A stretch of 64,000 nt of DNA from Paraspadella gotoi (taxonomy: Eukaryota; Animalia; Chaetognatha): the NCBI GenBank assembly GCA_051294375.1, contig CM119268.1:7088861-7152860 (forward strand), read 5' to 3'. Positions 53,327-64,000 of the stretch are shown in pieces. The notes beneath the pieces were generated by a model. The model did not search any database. It worked only from the letters and a program-made list of their open reading frames with translations, and was not told the DNA's origin. The translations under genes were made by a program, and so were the position numbers. Numbering within the stretch: the first letter of the stretch is position 1; each line of letters begins with the position of its first letter.

Positions 53327-53398
53327 CTGTAACAGCGCGGGAAATCACTCAACTGGCACTTGGCAGTTGACGAGAAATCTAAACTACAGAACTTGCTC
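53327..53398 (+). CDS. Candidate Ig F-G strand exon
   Basis: agacag|C TGT AAC AGC GCG GGA...TC|gtgag is a 72-bp exon reading CNSAGNHSTGTWQLTRNLNYRTC, with an NxAG turn motif. The intervening D-F strand exon was not found. Confidence 0.35.
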
Positions 53399-54335
53399 GT
53401 GAGATAATGATGACAACGCTGACAAAAANNNNNNNNNNNNNNNNNNNNNNNNNNNNNNNNNNNNCGACGACGACGACGACGAAAACCGATGACGTCGTCT
53501 GCTCGAATTTCAAATGAAATTTAAAAATTCATAAGCCAATGATGATCAGGGGGAATCAAATGCAGAAGGAGGGAGAGAGAGAATGAGGCGGCTGANNNNN
53601 NNNNNNNNNNNNNNNNNNNNNNNNNNNNNNNNNNNNNNNNNNNNNNNNNNNNNNNNNNNNNNNNNNNNNNNNNNNNNNNNNNNNNNNNNNNNNNNNNNNN
53701 NNNNNNNNNNNNNNNNNNNNNNNNNNNNNNNNNNNNNNNNNNNNNNNNNNNNNNNNNNNNNNNNNNNNNNNNNNNNNNNNNNNNNNNNNNNNNNNNNNNN
53801 NNNNNNNNNNNNNNNNNNNNNNNNNNNNNAAAAAAAGAAAGAAAGATAGAGAGAAATATAGAAAGAAAGAGAGAAAGAAAATAATAAATAAGGGAAAAAA
53901 ACTGGAAAAATATCGAAGGAAAAANNNNNNNNNNNNNNNNNNNNNNNNNNNNNNNNNNNNNNNNNNNNNNNNNNNNNNNNNNNNNNNNNNNNNNAAGTTA
54001 AGCTTGTCGAAACTATTCATTTTAGTTAAATGTATTTTTCGATTAGCACACGTAAAGATTATGTATCATGTTTATGTATATTTAATTATATTAAAGAATG
54101 TGTAACGTTGGGCGGCTCCCTTTAGTGTTTCGTTTTCATTCAAATAAACGACACCGTTCTTTTTATTTAAGAATAAATAAAGGAAAATCTGTAAAATAGC
54201 AGAATAGTTTATAACTAGTTTGGCTTAATTACATATTTAAAAATCCTCAATGAAAACGAGACCTTATTTAATTTTCATACTCGGAAAAAATATCTCATCT
54301 TTGCCCCTCTCTCTGTCCCTTTTAATGACTTTCGA

Positions 54336-54367
<32 letters not shown>

Positions 54368-54445
54368 GAAATCCATCACGTTTGCTCATGGGAAGATTAT
54401 TGAATCGAATCAGATGATAAATCCAACTGAAGCACCTGAGGAGTC

Positions 54446-54525
<80 letters not shown>

Positions 54526-54614
54526 ATTCCTTGTATTTTTCCCTGTATTTTCGTCCTGCATCGGAATCAATAGATATTTTATTTTGTACAGTTAATATGA
54601 GATTTATTTTAAAA

Positions 54615-54773
54615 AACAAAAAGCGGCGCAAGTAGTCGCTTAGATTTGAAGTTTTTTCCTGTCTTAACAAATGAGTATCTTTAACGTACGTGGACAGACC
54701 GACCGAGAGACATACAGACCGACCGAAATACCGACAGACCGATCGAAAAGAGTACTCGCGGCGTAAGTAAAAA
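54615..54773. mobile_element. Family B copy (others ~55563-55725, ~58795-58953, ~60081-60243)
   Basis: gcggcgcaagtagtcgcttagatttg...gtcttaacaaatgag...gacagaccgaccga...gagtactcgcggcg. Confidence 0.65.
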
Positions 54774-56019
54774 ACAGCCAATTAATAACAGCAGATTAAT
54801 GAAAAGGAAGAGAAAATAATAGGATATGAAATAATCGGAAATAAATGTACGAAATACAAGTAATAAAATTAAGGGAAAAAATGCTGCTAGATTACATCTA
54901 CCAAACAGAGTTATAGCCAGAATAAGACGGAGGGGAAAAATAAAAGACAGCGAAAAGGAGAGATGGAGAGAGAGAGAGAAGGAGAAAAACAGTGCCAGGC
55001 GAGAGTGTGAGAGAGAGAGAAAGCGAGGAAGAGACAATGCACGGTAGTGAAATAGAAAAACTGAGCTGANNNNNNNNNNNNNNNNNNNNNNNNNNNNNNN
55101 NNNNNNNNNNNNNNNNNNNNNNNNNNNNNNNNNNNNNNNNNNNNNNNNNNNNNNNNNNNNNNNNNNNNNNNNNNNNNNNNNNNNNNNNNNNNNNNNNNNN
55201 NNNNNNNNNNNNNNNNNNNNNCACACAAAGAGATAAAAACCGTCTCCATCTCATCCCCGCGACCCTAAAAGGAGATAAGCAAAGAAATTCGAAGCCCAAC
55301 TTTTCGTTTGTCAATGACGCTTCACTATCTTGGAGAAAGAAAAGAGAAGGAAGAGCAGAAGAAGGAAGAAGAAGCTGAACAGAAAAAAATGTGGTTTGTC
55401 AAACTTAAAGTTATTCAAGTTTGTTTAAATCTACTTGAATTTACTTGAATTGTATTATTTAATATATCATTATTAACAAGATGGACCTCTTTTTGATTCG
55501 TGAGACTTTGCTGCAGCTTTGGGCGTGTGCGCGTTGGAAATGCAATGCATCGGAATTCTGTCTTTTATTCTTTATACGTAGGGGGCGCTAGTAATCGCTG
55601 AGAGTCATGGTTCTCTCCGAGTGTGAAAAAATAACAAAACAGCAACCGAGATAGGATGACCCGAGTTATGAGCATTTGAAACGTAAGTAGGACAGACTAA
55701 CAAACCGACAGACCGAAAAGTTGCTCAGAGAGAGAGAGAGANNNNNNNNNNNNNNNNNNNNNNNNNNNNNNNNNNNNNNNNNNNNNNNNNNNNNNNNNNN
55801 NNNNNNNNNNNNNNNNNNNNNNNNNNNNNNNNNNNNNNNNNNNNNNNNNNNNNNNNNNNNNNNNNNNNNNNNNNNNNNNNNNNNNNNNNNNNNNNNNNNN
55901 NNNNNNNNNNNNNNNNNNNNNNNNNNNNNNNNNNNNNNNNNNNNNNNNNNNNNNNNNNNNNNNNNNNNNNNNNNNNNNNNNNNNNNNNNNNNNNNNNNNN
56001 NNNNNNNNNNNNNNNNNNT

Positions 56020-56352
56020 GATGCCTACAATTGTGACAATGACAACAATGATGACGATGGCAACAAAGACTTCTATGACGACTACAGCGATGAAGTTAAT
56101 TAAATAGTTCTCATAGCAATGACTGTGAAGTAGTTTTTCGACGTTTTTCGACGCCAACGACTGTGAAGACGATGACTGGGACGACGACAACGAAGATGAA
56201 AGAGATTACGCCATCTATGATGATGACAGCGACGACGACAGCAACGACGACGACTGTGAAGACGACGACTGGGACGACGACGACGAGAGCGATCACGCCA
56301 ACTACGACGACGACGACGACAGCGACGACGACGACAGCGACGACGACGACCG
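56020..56352. repeat. Degenerate (ACG/ATG) trinucleotide region giving a Thr-rich ORF; probably non-coding
   Basis: Runs of gacgacgac, and a stop at ~56105 interrupts the Thr-rich frame. Confidence 0.6.
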
Positions 56353-57336
56353 GGGAGAGAAAGACCGTTAACAAATGACTTTTTGTTCCTCTCACTCAAC
56401 CGTGGTAGATGCTTTTTGAGTGGGCTTGGTAGATGGCGCCAACTTTTGGAGGTGGGGTTTTTGAAATGGGTACAAGGCTTACCTCGTTTCCAAGATTCGT
56501 ACAAATTTTGATCGACACGATTTTGTTTTCGAAAAAGTTTTTATTATTCAGATGTATTTCATAAATTAAATGAAAAAAAGAGGAGGAAAGCTTAAAACCA
56601 ACACTTGAATTGTCAAAAGAAAGAAAGAAAGAAAAGAAAATAAAAGAAAAGAAAAAGAAAGAAAAAGAAAAAAAGAACAATAAAAGAGACAAAGAGCTAC
56701 ATCTANNNNNNNNNNNNNNNNNNNNNNNNNNNNNNNNNNNNNNNNNNNNNNNNNNNNNNNNNNNNNNNNNNNNNNNNNNNNNNNNNNNNNNNNNNNNNNN
56801 NNTTCTTTTCTTTTCTTTTCTTTTCTTTTCTTTTCTTTTGACATTATGTACTTTACCTCTTTTTTCATTAATTTTCATGAATAATGTGAATATCAATATC
56901 AAAATCTTAGAACTTTATACTATTTCCTCCTCGTTTCCTTACGTCGTCGTCGTCGTCGTCTTCGTCGTCGTCGTCGTCGTCGTCGCCATCAAATAATCCG
57001 ACGGAGCAGGTGTCATCGAAATAAATGTCTTGTTTACTTTTTGACCGACTTTCTGTCACGATCCATATCATCCTCAAAATCGAAAGAGAGAGAGAGAGAG
57101 AGAGANNNNNNNNNNNNNNNNNNNNNNNNNGGTATGAGCTCACGAGATGCGGAGACTGAGAGAGAGAGAGAGAGACCGGGCCTAAGGGGTTGGGGCTAGG
57201 AACTTCTGTCCTCTTGGGCTCTTTATGGCGAAGCGGTAATGTATGTTAATAATGCTTTATTGATTTTTCTCGTTTAGAAAAAATTTTACGGCGAAATGTC
57301 CCCCGAGGTAGGAGAGGAGAGAATAGAGAGAGAGAG

Positions 57337-57399
<63 letters not shown>

Positions 57400-57913
57400 G
57401 AGGGAGTGGGGAGGAACGATAGAGCAGACAAAGAGGTAGAGAGATATAGAGAGGGAGAAAGAAAAATTTGCGCCGAAAAAATTTGTCCTTGTAATATTTT
57501 ATTGCCAGTAGGTTTTAACACGTTGTTTCGTTTATTTATGTTATTGTTTTATCTGTATTATATATTTAAATTTGTTTTCAATTACGATATCAGGAGTTAT
57601 CGCCGAGATTAAGAAACAAATTTTGTATAATATTTTAGTTTCAATTTGAAAAGAATTCCAACGTTTATCTCAATATAATTTCCAGACGGTACGGAACTCG
57701 TCAGCCAAATATTAACAAACACAATACATTAGTTTTTCAGCGTTGACTTTTTTTTTACGTCATTACATTTCTAGATGATATTGTGACTACTTGAAGATTA
57801 AACATTACGTACTAATACCGTCTCAACAATCTGGCGTATATTATCATTTTAAAAAAGGTTCATAATTTACATCTAGGCTGGGTAAACCTTTATAATACAA
57901 CATCATTAAAAGA

Positions 57914-58426
57914 ACAAATTACATTAAGTTGAAAATCCATAACCCGACGAAATAAATGTGTCCCAAGAATATTTCGCTGCTGATTCCATTGAGTTCCATT
58001 CCAAAAATTTTGTTCTCATCGGTTCCACACTCAACATCGTCGCATGGATTCCCTCGTATCTTTTCTACTCCGTTTCACAATAAACCTTCCATTAAATGGA
58101 ACCGACTTACGCCGTTAGCGACGCTTTCACGCCCTCGCGTATCACATGTACCAACCCTTTTTTTTTACCCACCCATCTTAAATCACAATTCCTCGCAAAT
58201 TTGAAACTCACAAACTATTCACTGATTCATAATTCTTTCTCAAATGATTTACGCGGTACCCAAGCGCCCGTCTCTGGGCACTTAACTCACAATTCTTCTA
58301 CAATTTACTACCTGTAGACCAAGTTTCTACCAATATAGTAAAACCTCCCAAACCCCCTGGAATAACCCACCACTGAACCCAACCCACCAAAACTGTAAAT
58401 CGCCCCCAATCGTTAACTGAGCCGCT

Positions 58427-58472
<46 letters not shown>

Positions 58473-58524
58473 CAGCGGATTTTTACGTTTAATCCATCCA
58501 TTTGTATGCATCAACGAGAGCGAG

Positions 58525-58596
<72 letters not shown>

Positions 58597-59784
58597 AAGC
58601 AAAGGAGGGATTGGGAAAAAGGTAATAAGAAAAATTATAATAAAATTTAACAAAAAGTTGAAATAATAATAACATCGATTACAATATTATGATGGGCGAT
58701 GGAAAACGAAGTACGAAGACAAAAAGGGTTTTCATAGATTAACAAGAATGGAAATTAAAATGAGTGTAACGCCCCCGTGACTTTCTTAGCCCGTCTTTTA
58801 TTCTTTATAGTTTTATAATTTCCTGAAGGCGGCGCGAGCAGTCACCTAGATTTGAGTTTTTTTTTCTGTCTTAACAAATGAGCAACCGACTAGGGGACAC
58901 ACAGAAGAGTGTATCATAGAGTTGCTACGCGAGTACTCGCGGCGCAACTAAAAATTAATCTTTTGAAGAATTAATTTAAATGTCGGGGATTATTGTATTG
59001 TATGAAAAAAATTATGGATATAATTTCATGACATCAAAATGTCACGGTAATGTTACAGTAGTGTACTGAGACGTAATACAATATGACAAATGTCAACTAT
59101 GATGCTAATGACAGTTGATAAAAGAAAGAAAAATAGGTTGATGAGCTTAAATATCTCTCTCTCTCTCTAGGAAGAGTACAAATTTACATTAAGTTGAAAA
59201 TCCATAACCGACGAAAAATAAATGTGGTCCTCAAGAATTATTTCGCTGCTATTCCTGAGTTTCCATTCCCAAAAATTCTTGTTCTCATCGGTTCCACACT
59301 CAACATTCGTTCGCATGGATTCCCTCGTATGCTTTCTACTCCGCTTTCACAATAAACCTCTTCCATTAAATGGAACGACTTACGCCGTTAGCGACGCTTT
59401 CACAGCCCTCGCGTATCACATGTACCAACCCTTTTTTTTACCCACCCTATCTTAAATCACAATTCCTCGAAATTTGAAACTCAAATCTATAATCCTGATT
59501 ATTTCTATCAATGAATTACCGCGGTACCCAAGCGCCCGTCTCTGGGCACTTAACTCACAATTCTTCTACAATTTACTACCTGTAGACCAAGTTTCTACCA
59601 ATATAGTAAAACCTCAAACCCCCTGAATAACCCACCACTGAACCGCAACCCACAAAAGCTGTAAATCGCCCCCAATCGTTAACTGAGCCGCTTCGTCGTC
59701 GTCGTGTCGTCGTCGTCGTCGTCGTCGTCGTCGTCTCACCAGCGGATTTTTACGTTTAATCCATCCATTTGTATGCAATCAAGC

Positions 59785-59842
<58 letters not shown>

Positions 59843-60449
59843 GAGAGAGAGAGAGAGAGAGTGAGAGAGAGAGAAATAAAGCAAAGGAGGGATTGGGAAA
59901 AAGTAATAAGAAAAATTATAATAAAATTTAACACAAAAAGTTGAAAATAATAATAACATCGATTACAATATTATGATGGGCGATGGAAAACGAAGTACGA
60001 AAGACAAAAAGGGTTTTCATAGATTAACAAGAATGGAAATTAAAATGAGTGTAACGCCCCCGTGACTTTCTTAGCCCGTCTTTTATTCTTTATAGTTTTA
60101 TAATTTCCTGAAGGCGGCGCGAGCAGTCACCTAGATTTGAGTTTTTTTTTTCTGTCTTAAACAAATGAGCAACCGACTAGGGGACACACAGAAGAGTGTA
60201 TCATAGAGTTGCTACAGCGAGTACTCGCGGCGCAACTAAAAATTAATCTTTTGAAGAATTAATTTAAATGTCGGGGATTATTGTATTCGATATGAAAAAA
60301 ATTAATGATATATAATTTCATGACATCAAAATGTCACGGTAATGTTACAGTAGTGGACTGAGACGTAATACAATATGACAAATGTCAACTATGATGCTAA
60401 TAGACAGTTGATCAAGAAAAGAAAAATAGGTTGACCTGAGCTTAAATAA
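57914..60449. repeat. ~1.26-kb tandem duplication (57914-59160 / 59178-60449), probable assembly artefact
   Basis: Colinear copies differing mainly by single-base indels. The second ends at an N gap. Confidence 0.85.
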
Positions 60450-60804
60450 NNNNNNNNNNNNNNNNNNNNNNNNNATCCTCCTCTCTCTCTCCTCTCTCTC
60501 TCTCTCTCTCATCTACTCTTTCTCTGAACTTTCTATCTTTTTTATCTGTTCCTACTTACTTTCAAATCTTCATAAAACTCGGGGTCAATCCTATTCGTTG
60601 CTTTCTTGTTATTTTTTCACACTCCGGTAAAACCATGACTCTTCACGTATTACTACCCCCCTACGTATATATAAATTAAATAAGACAGATATTCTGTGTC
60701 ATTTGCTTTCCAACGCTGCCAACACGCGCCAAAGTCTCAGCAAATTCTCACATTATTCAAAAAGAGTATTCGCATCTTTTTAATAATATATATTAAATAA
60801 GTAC

Positions 60805-60842
<38 letters not shown>

Positions 60843-61478
60843 TTCCTACTCGTTCTCAATCTCTGTTTGTCATATACTAATGTAAAAATGGAATCGAACG
60901 AAAAGTTGTCTCGTCATTTCCGTCAGTCCGTTCACTTCCGCCAGTTCCGCCAGATCCGGCAGTTCCGGCAGTTCCGGCAGTTCCAACTCGTGGAAAAAAA
61001 ACAAAAACAAACAAAAGAACAAAAGTTGAATAATTCATCGAGATGAAAGAGCGAATACGAAAACGAGGCTAGGATCGAAAATGCAACGAGCACTGAATTA
61101 TAATCATCAAAATAACTCGATTAAAAAAAGTGTTTAATAATGATTGTCATAATATTTATTATTAATAAATGTAATTTTTTCGACGGTTTTCATTCTAATA
61201 TAATATAATATAATATCATATAATACATTGAAGAAACAGCTATTTTACAAGAGCATATTCGTTTCCAACAGACATTGTAGAAAGAAAAAAAAATGTTAAC
61301 TACGGATGATGTAAACATAAGATAATAAGATAATCAAATTCCACTTCGGTTTTCATATTGAAATCCATGTCTATTTACTTAAATGCTATAAGTTACAGAC
61401 ATTGTTTACTATAGACATTAGACATTATCCTTAACAAACGTTGTCTGTACCGAAGACAATGAAATATATAATCGATTT

Positions 61479-61589
61479 TTACCCAAAACTTATCTTTCTT
61501 TCTTCGCTTTTGCCGCCAAATAGTTTTCTGATGTAATCGTCGTCGTCCCAATCCGTCTCTCGCTTCCGATCGCCGCCGCCGCCGCCAGG

Positions 61590-61637
<48 letters not shown>

Positions 61638-62732
61638 CTTTTCTCTCTCCATTTCTCGGCGCCAGTGAAAACGACTTTGATCGAAAGGCGGACTTTGGTT
61701 CCATCGCGGCGTCGGCGAAGAACCGGCGACGGCGCCGCCTCTAAATCGACGCCGAGGCCAAGTCTCTCGGCCGGCGTCTTCGTCGTCGTCGTCGTCGTCG
61801 TCTCCGCCGTAAATCACGTTCCCTCGATCGTGAAAAACGCCGAGCGAAGTCACGTGATCCCGAGACTGGAATCTCTTTCGCGTCGTCGAATCCTCGAGTC
61901 TCGCGACGCCGTCGAAGCGAGGATTCGACGCCGGATTCGACGCCGGATTCGACGCCGGATTCGACGCCGGTTTCGACGCCGGTTTCGACTTCGGCCGGCG
62001 CCATCGTTGGGATTCGAACCCGGGACCCGGCGAAAGAACGGCGTTTCGATCCGCAGTTTTTCGTTCGTCGAAAATTCTCTCGGGAATAAAACTCGAAAAT
62101 CTTTCTTCGCTTCGTAAATGATCTTCGCGCCATTGGAGGTTCTCCCGGCGCCGTAGACCGTCCGTCCGGTGCCAAGGATCGAGTTCCCGCGGCTGGAAAT
62201 CGTCGTTCCGGCGCCAGGGCGTTTTTTCACGGGGCCGCGACTGATTATCTCGTAGTTTCAGATCTTCGCCGCGCCACAGTCGTTGCTCCCGGCGCCGCAA
62301 ATTCCGATCGGCGCCGTAACCGGCGACGCGAGACGTCAACTCGTTCTCATTCCAGCGCCGGAAATCGAAGTCGTTGCCGGGATTAATTTCGGCGCCGGAA
62401 TGAACTTCGGAACCGGAACGTAAAGTCGCGCCGGGATTGTCCGGGTCGGGGCGAGTTTCGTCCCCGAATTCCGAAGCGGGTCGTCGAGGCCACCCAGGAC
62501 TCGGCTGAAGAGAGAGTCGAGGGTGCGCCCGGTGAAGACCTCGACGAGGGGAAGATGAGGAGGGGACGAAGACGGGTTCCGGAGGGAGAATGGGAGGAAT
62601 GAAGGAGGAGGAGGAGGAAGAGGTGGAGGAGGAAGAGGAAGAGGGATCGTTCTCTCTCTTGAAAACACAGACGACGATCGTGTGAAGGGATGAGTCACGT
62701 GACCGGCAGTCGGGATACAAGGAGCAACCGAC
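61479..62732 (-). CDS. Terminal exon of a CAP (SCP/PR-1/CRISP) superfamily protein with a long low-complexity C-terminal tail
   Basis: Strong acceptor ctcctttcttttag|, phase 0. Begins VGCSLYPDCRSRDSSLHTIVVCVFKREN, matching the CAP C-terminal VGC...C...VVCxY pattern. Then ~390 aa open and GC-rich to TAA at 61479-61481. Confidence 0.72.
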
Positions 62733-62789
62733 CTAAAAGAAAGGAGAAAAATAAAAAAAGGATTTTTTTTCTCTGTCATCATTTTCTTC

Positions 62790-64000
62790 GAATTTTCCCT
62801 TTTATCTTCTCCCTAAATTCCCTTCCCTTCCTCTCATCCCTTCCCCCTTCTCTTTCCTCTCTCTCCCCTTCCCTCCTCTCTTCCCTCTTCTTCTTTCCTC
62901 TTTCCCCCGCTTTCCCTATCCTCTGCTTTGCTCTTGCTCTACTGCTGTTCCGTCTCTGCTCCCGCCGTATACCCTTCTTCTCTTCCCTCTCCTCTTCTCG
63001 CTTTCCTCTCTCTCCCCTTCCCTTCTTTTCTCTTCCCCTTCCTCTTTCTCTTTCCTCTCTCTCCCCCTTCCCTTCTCCTTCCCTTCATCTTCTCTTCTCT
63101 CTCTCCCCTTCCCTTCCTCTCTTCTCTTCCTCTACTCTTTCCTCTCTCTCCCCTTCCCTTCCTCTCTTCCCCTCCTTTTCTCTTTCCTCTCTCTCCCCTT
63201 CCCTTCCCTTCTCTTTCCTTCCCCTTTCTCTTTCTTCTCTCCCCTTCCCTTCTCCTTCTCTTTCCTCTCTCTGCCTTCCCTTCCCCTTCTCTTTCCTTTC
63301 TCTGCACTTCCCTTCCTCTCTTCCCTCCTTTTCTCTTTCCTCTCTCTCCCCTTTCTCTTCCTCTTCTCTTTCCTCTCCCCTACCCTTCCTTCTCTTCTTT
63401 TTCCTCTCTCTCCCCTTCCCTTTCTCTCTCCCTTCCTCTTCTCTTTCCTCTCTCTTCCCTTCCCTTCCTCTCTCGCCTTCTCCCTTCTCTTTCCTCTCTC
63501 TCCCCTTCCCTTCCTCTCTTCTCTTCCTCTACTCTTTCCTCTCTCTCCCTTCCTTCCTCTCTTCCCCTCCTTTCTCTTTCCTCTCTCTCCCCTTCCCTTT
63601 CCCCTCTCTTTCCTTCCCCTTTCTCTTTCCTCTCTCTCCCTTCCCTTCTCCTTCTCTTTCCTCTCTCTGCCCTTCCCTTCCCCTTCTCTTTCCTCTCTCT
63701 GCCCTTCCCTTCTCTTCTTCCCCTCCTTTTCTCTTTTCCTCTCCCTCTCCCTTCCCTTCCTCTTCTCTTCCTCTCTCTGCCTCTTCCCTTCCTCTTCTCT
63801 TTCCTCTCTCTCCTTCCCTTTCTCTCTTCCCTTCCTCTTCTCTTTCCTCTCCTCTTCCCTTTCCTTCCTCCTCCCCTTCCCTCCTCTCTTCCCTTCCCCC
63901 TTTCTTTCCCCTCTCTCTCCTCTCACCTCCTTCGCTTCTATCACGTTCCTCCACCCCTCTCCCCTCCTCCTCCTCCTCCTCCTCCGTCCTCGCTCCTCCC
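62790..64000. repeat. ~1.2-kb almost pure polypyrimidine/polypurine tract (intronic)
   Basis: ctctttcctctctctccccttccc-type units. Explains the E/R/G/K ORFs at 62939-63954. Confidence 0.9.

Noticed and set aside
55480-55580. Possible transmembrane exon of the LRR-Ig gene
   Set aside because: The hydrophobic frames are interrupted by stops or charged residues and run into a family B repeat, so it cannot be supported.
62939-63954. Long E/R/G/K-rich ORFs
   Set aside because: A purine-only tract is stop-free by composition. The same applies to all (ER)n and (LS)n ORFs and to N-spanning ORFs.

Overview
AT-rich, microsatellite-dense ((GA/CT)n, (CGT)n) draft-assembly DNA from an animal, with many N-gaps. 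Most ORFs in the supplied track are low-complexity or N artefacts. Manual splice and phase analysis recovers parts of three intron-rich genes. (1) A minus-strand Ras-family small GTPase: G3 exon 8031-8211 splices in phase to G4 exon 3538-3623. (2) A plus-strand LRR + Ig (LIG; LRRN/LINGO-like) cell-surface protein spread over ~37.8-53.4 kb, partly hidden by indel-rich sequence and an apparent ~5 kb assembly duplication. (3) The long terminal exon (61479-62732, minus) of a CAP/SCP-domain protein with a ~390-aa low-complexity tail. Non-coding DNA holds several dispersed repeat families: a DINE-1/HINE-like element, a MITE-like element with degenerate TTAGGG-like internal arrays, and an unclassified repeat with a nested tRNA-SINE-like insert. 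It also holds minisatellites and a four-half-site DR4-spaced AGGTCA array. I found no CRISPR array, rRNA, intact tRNA or autonomous transposase, and no clearly novel system. All family calls come from motif recognition by eye, not database searches.
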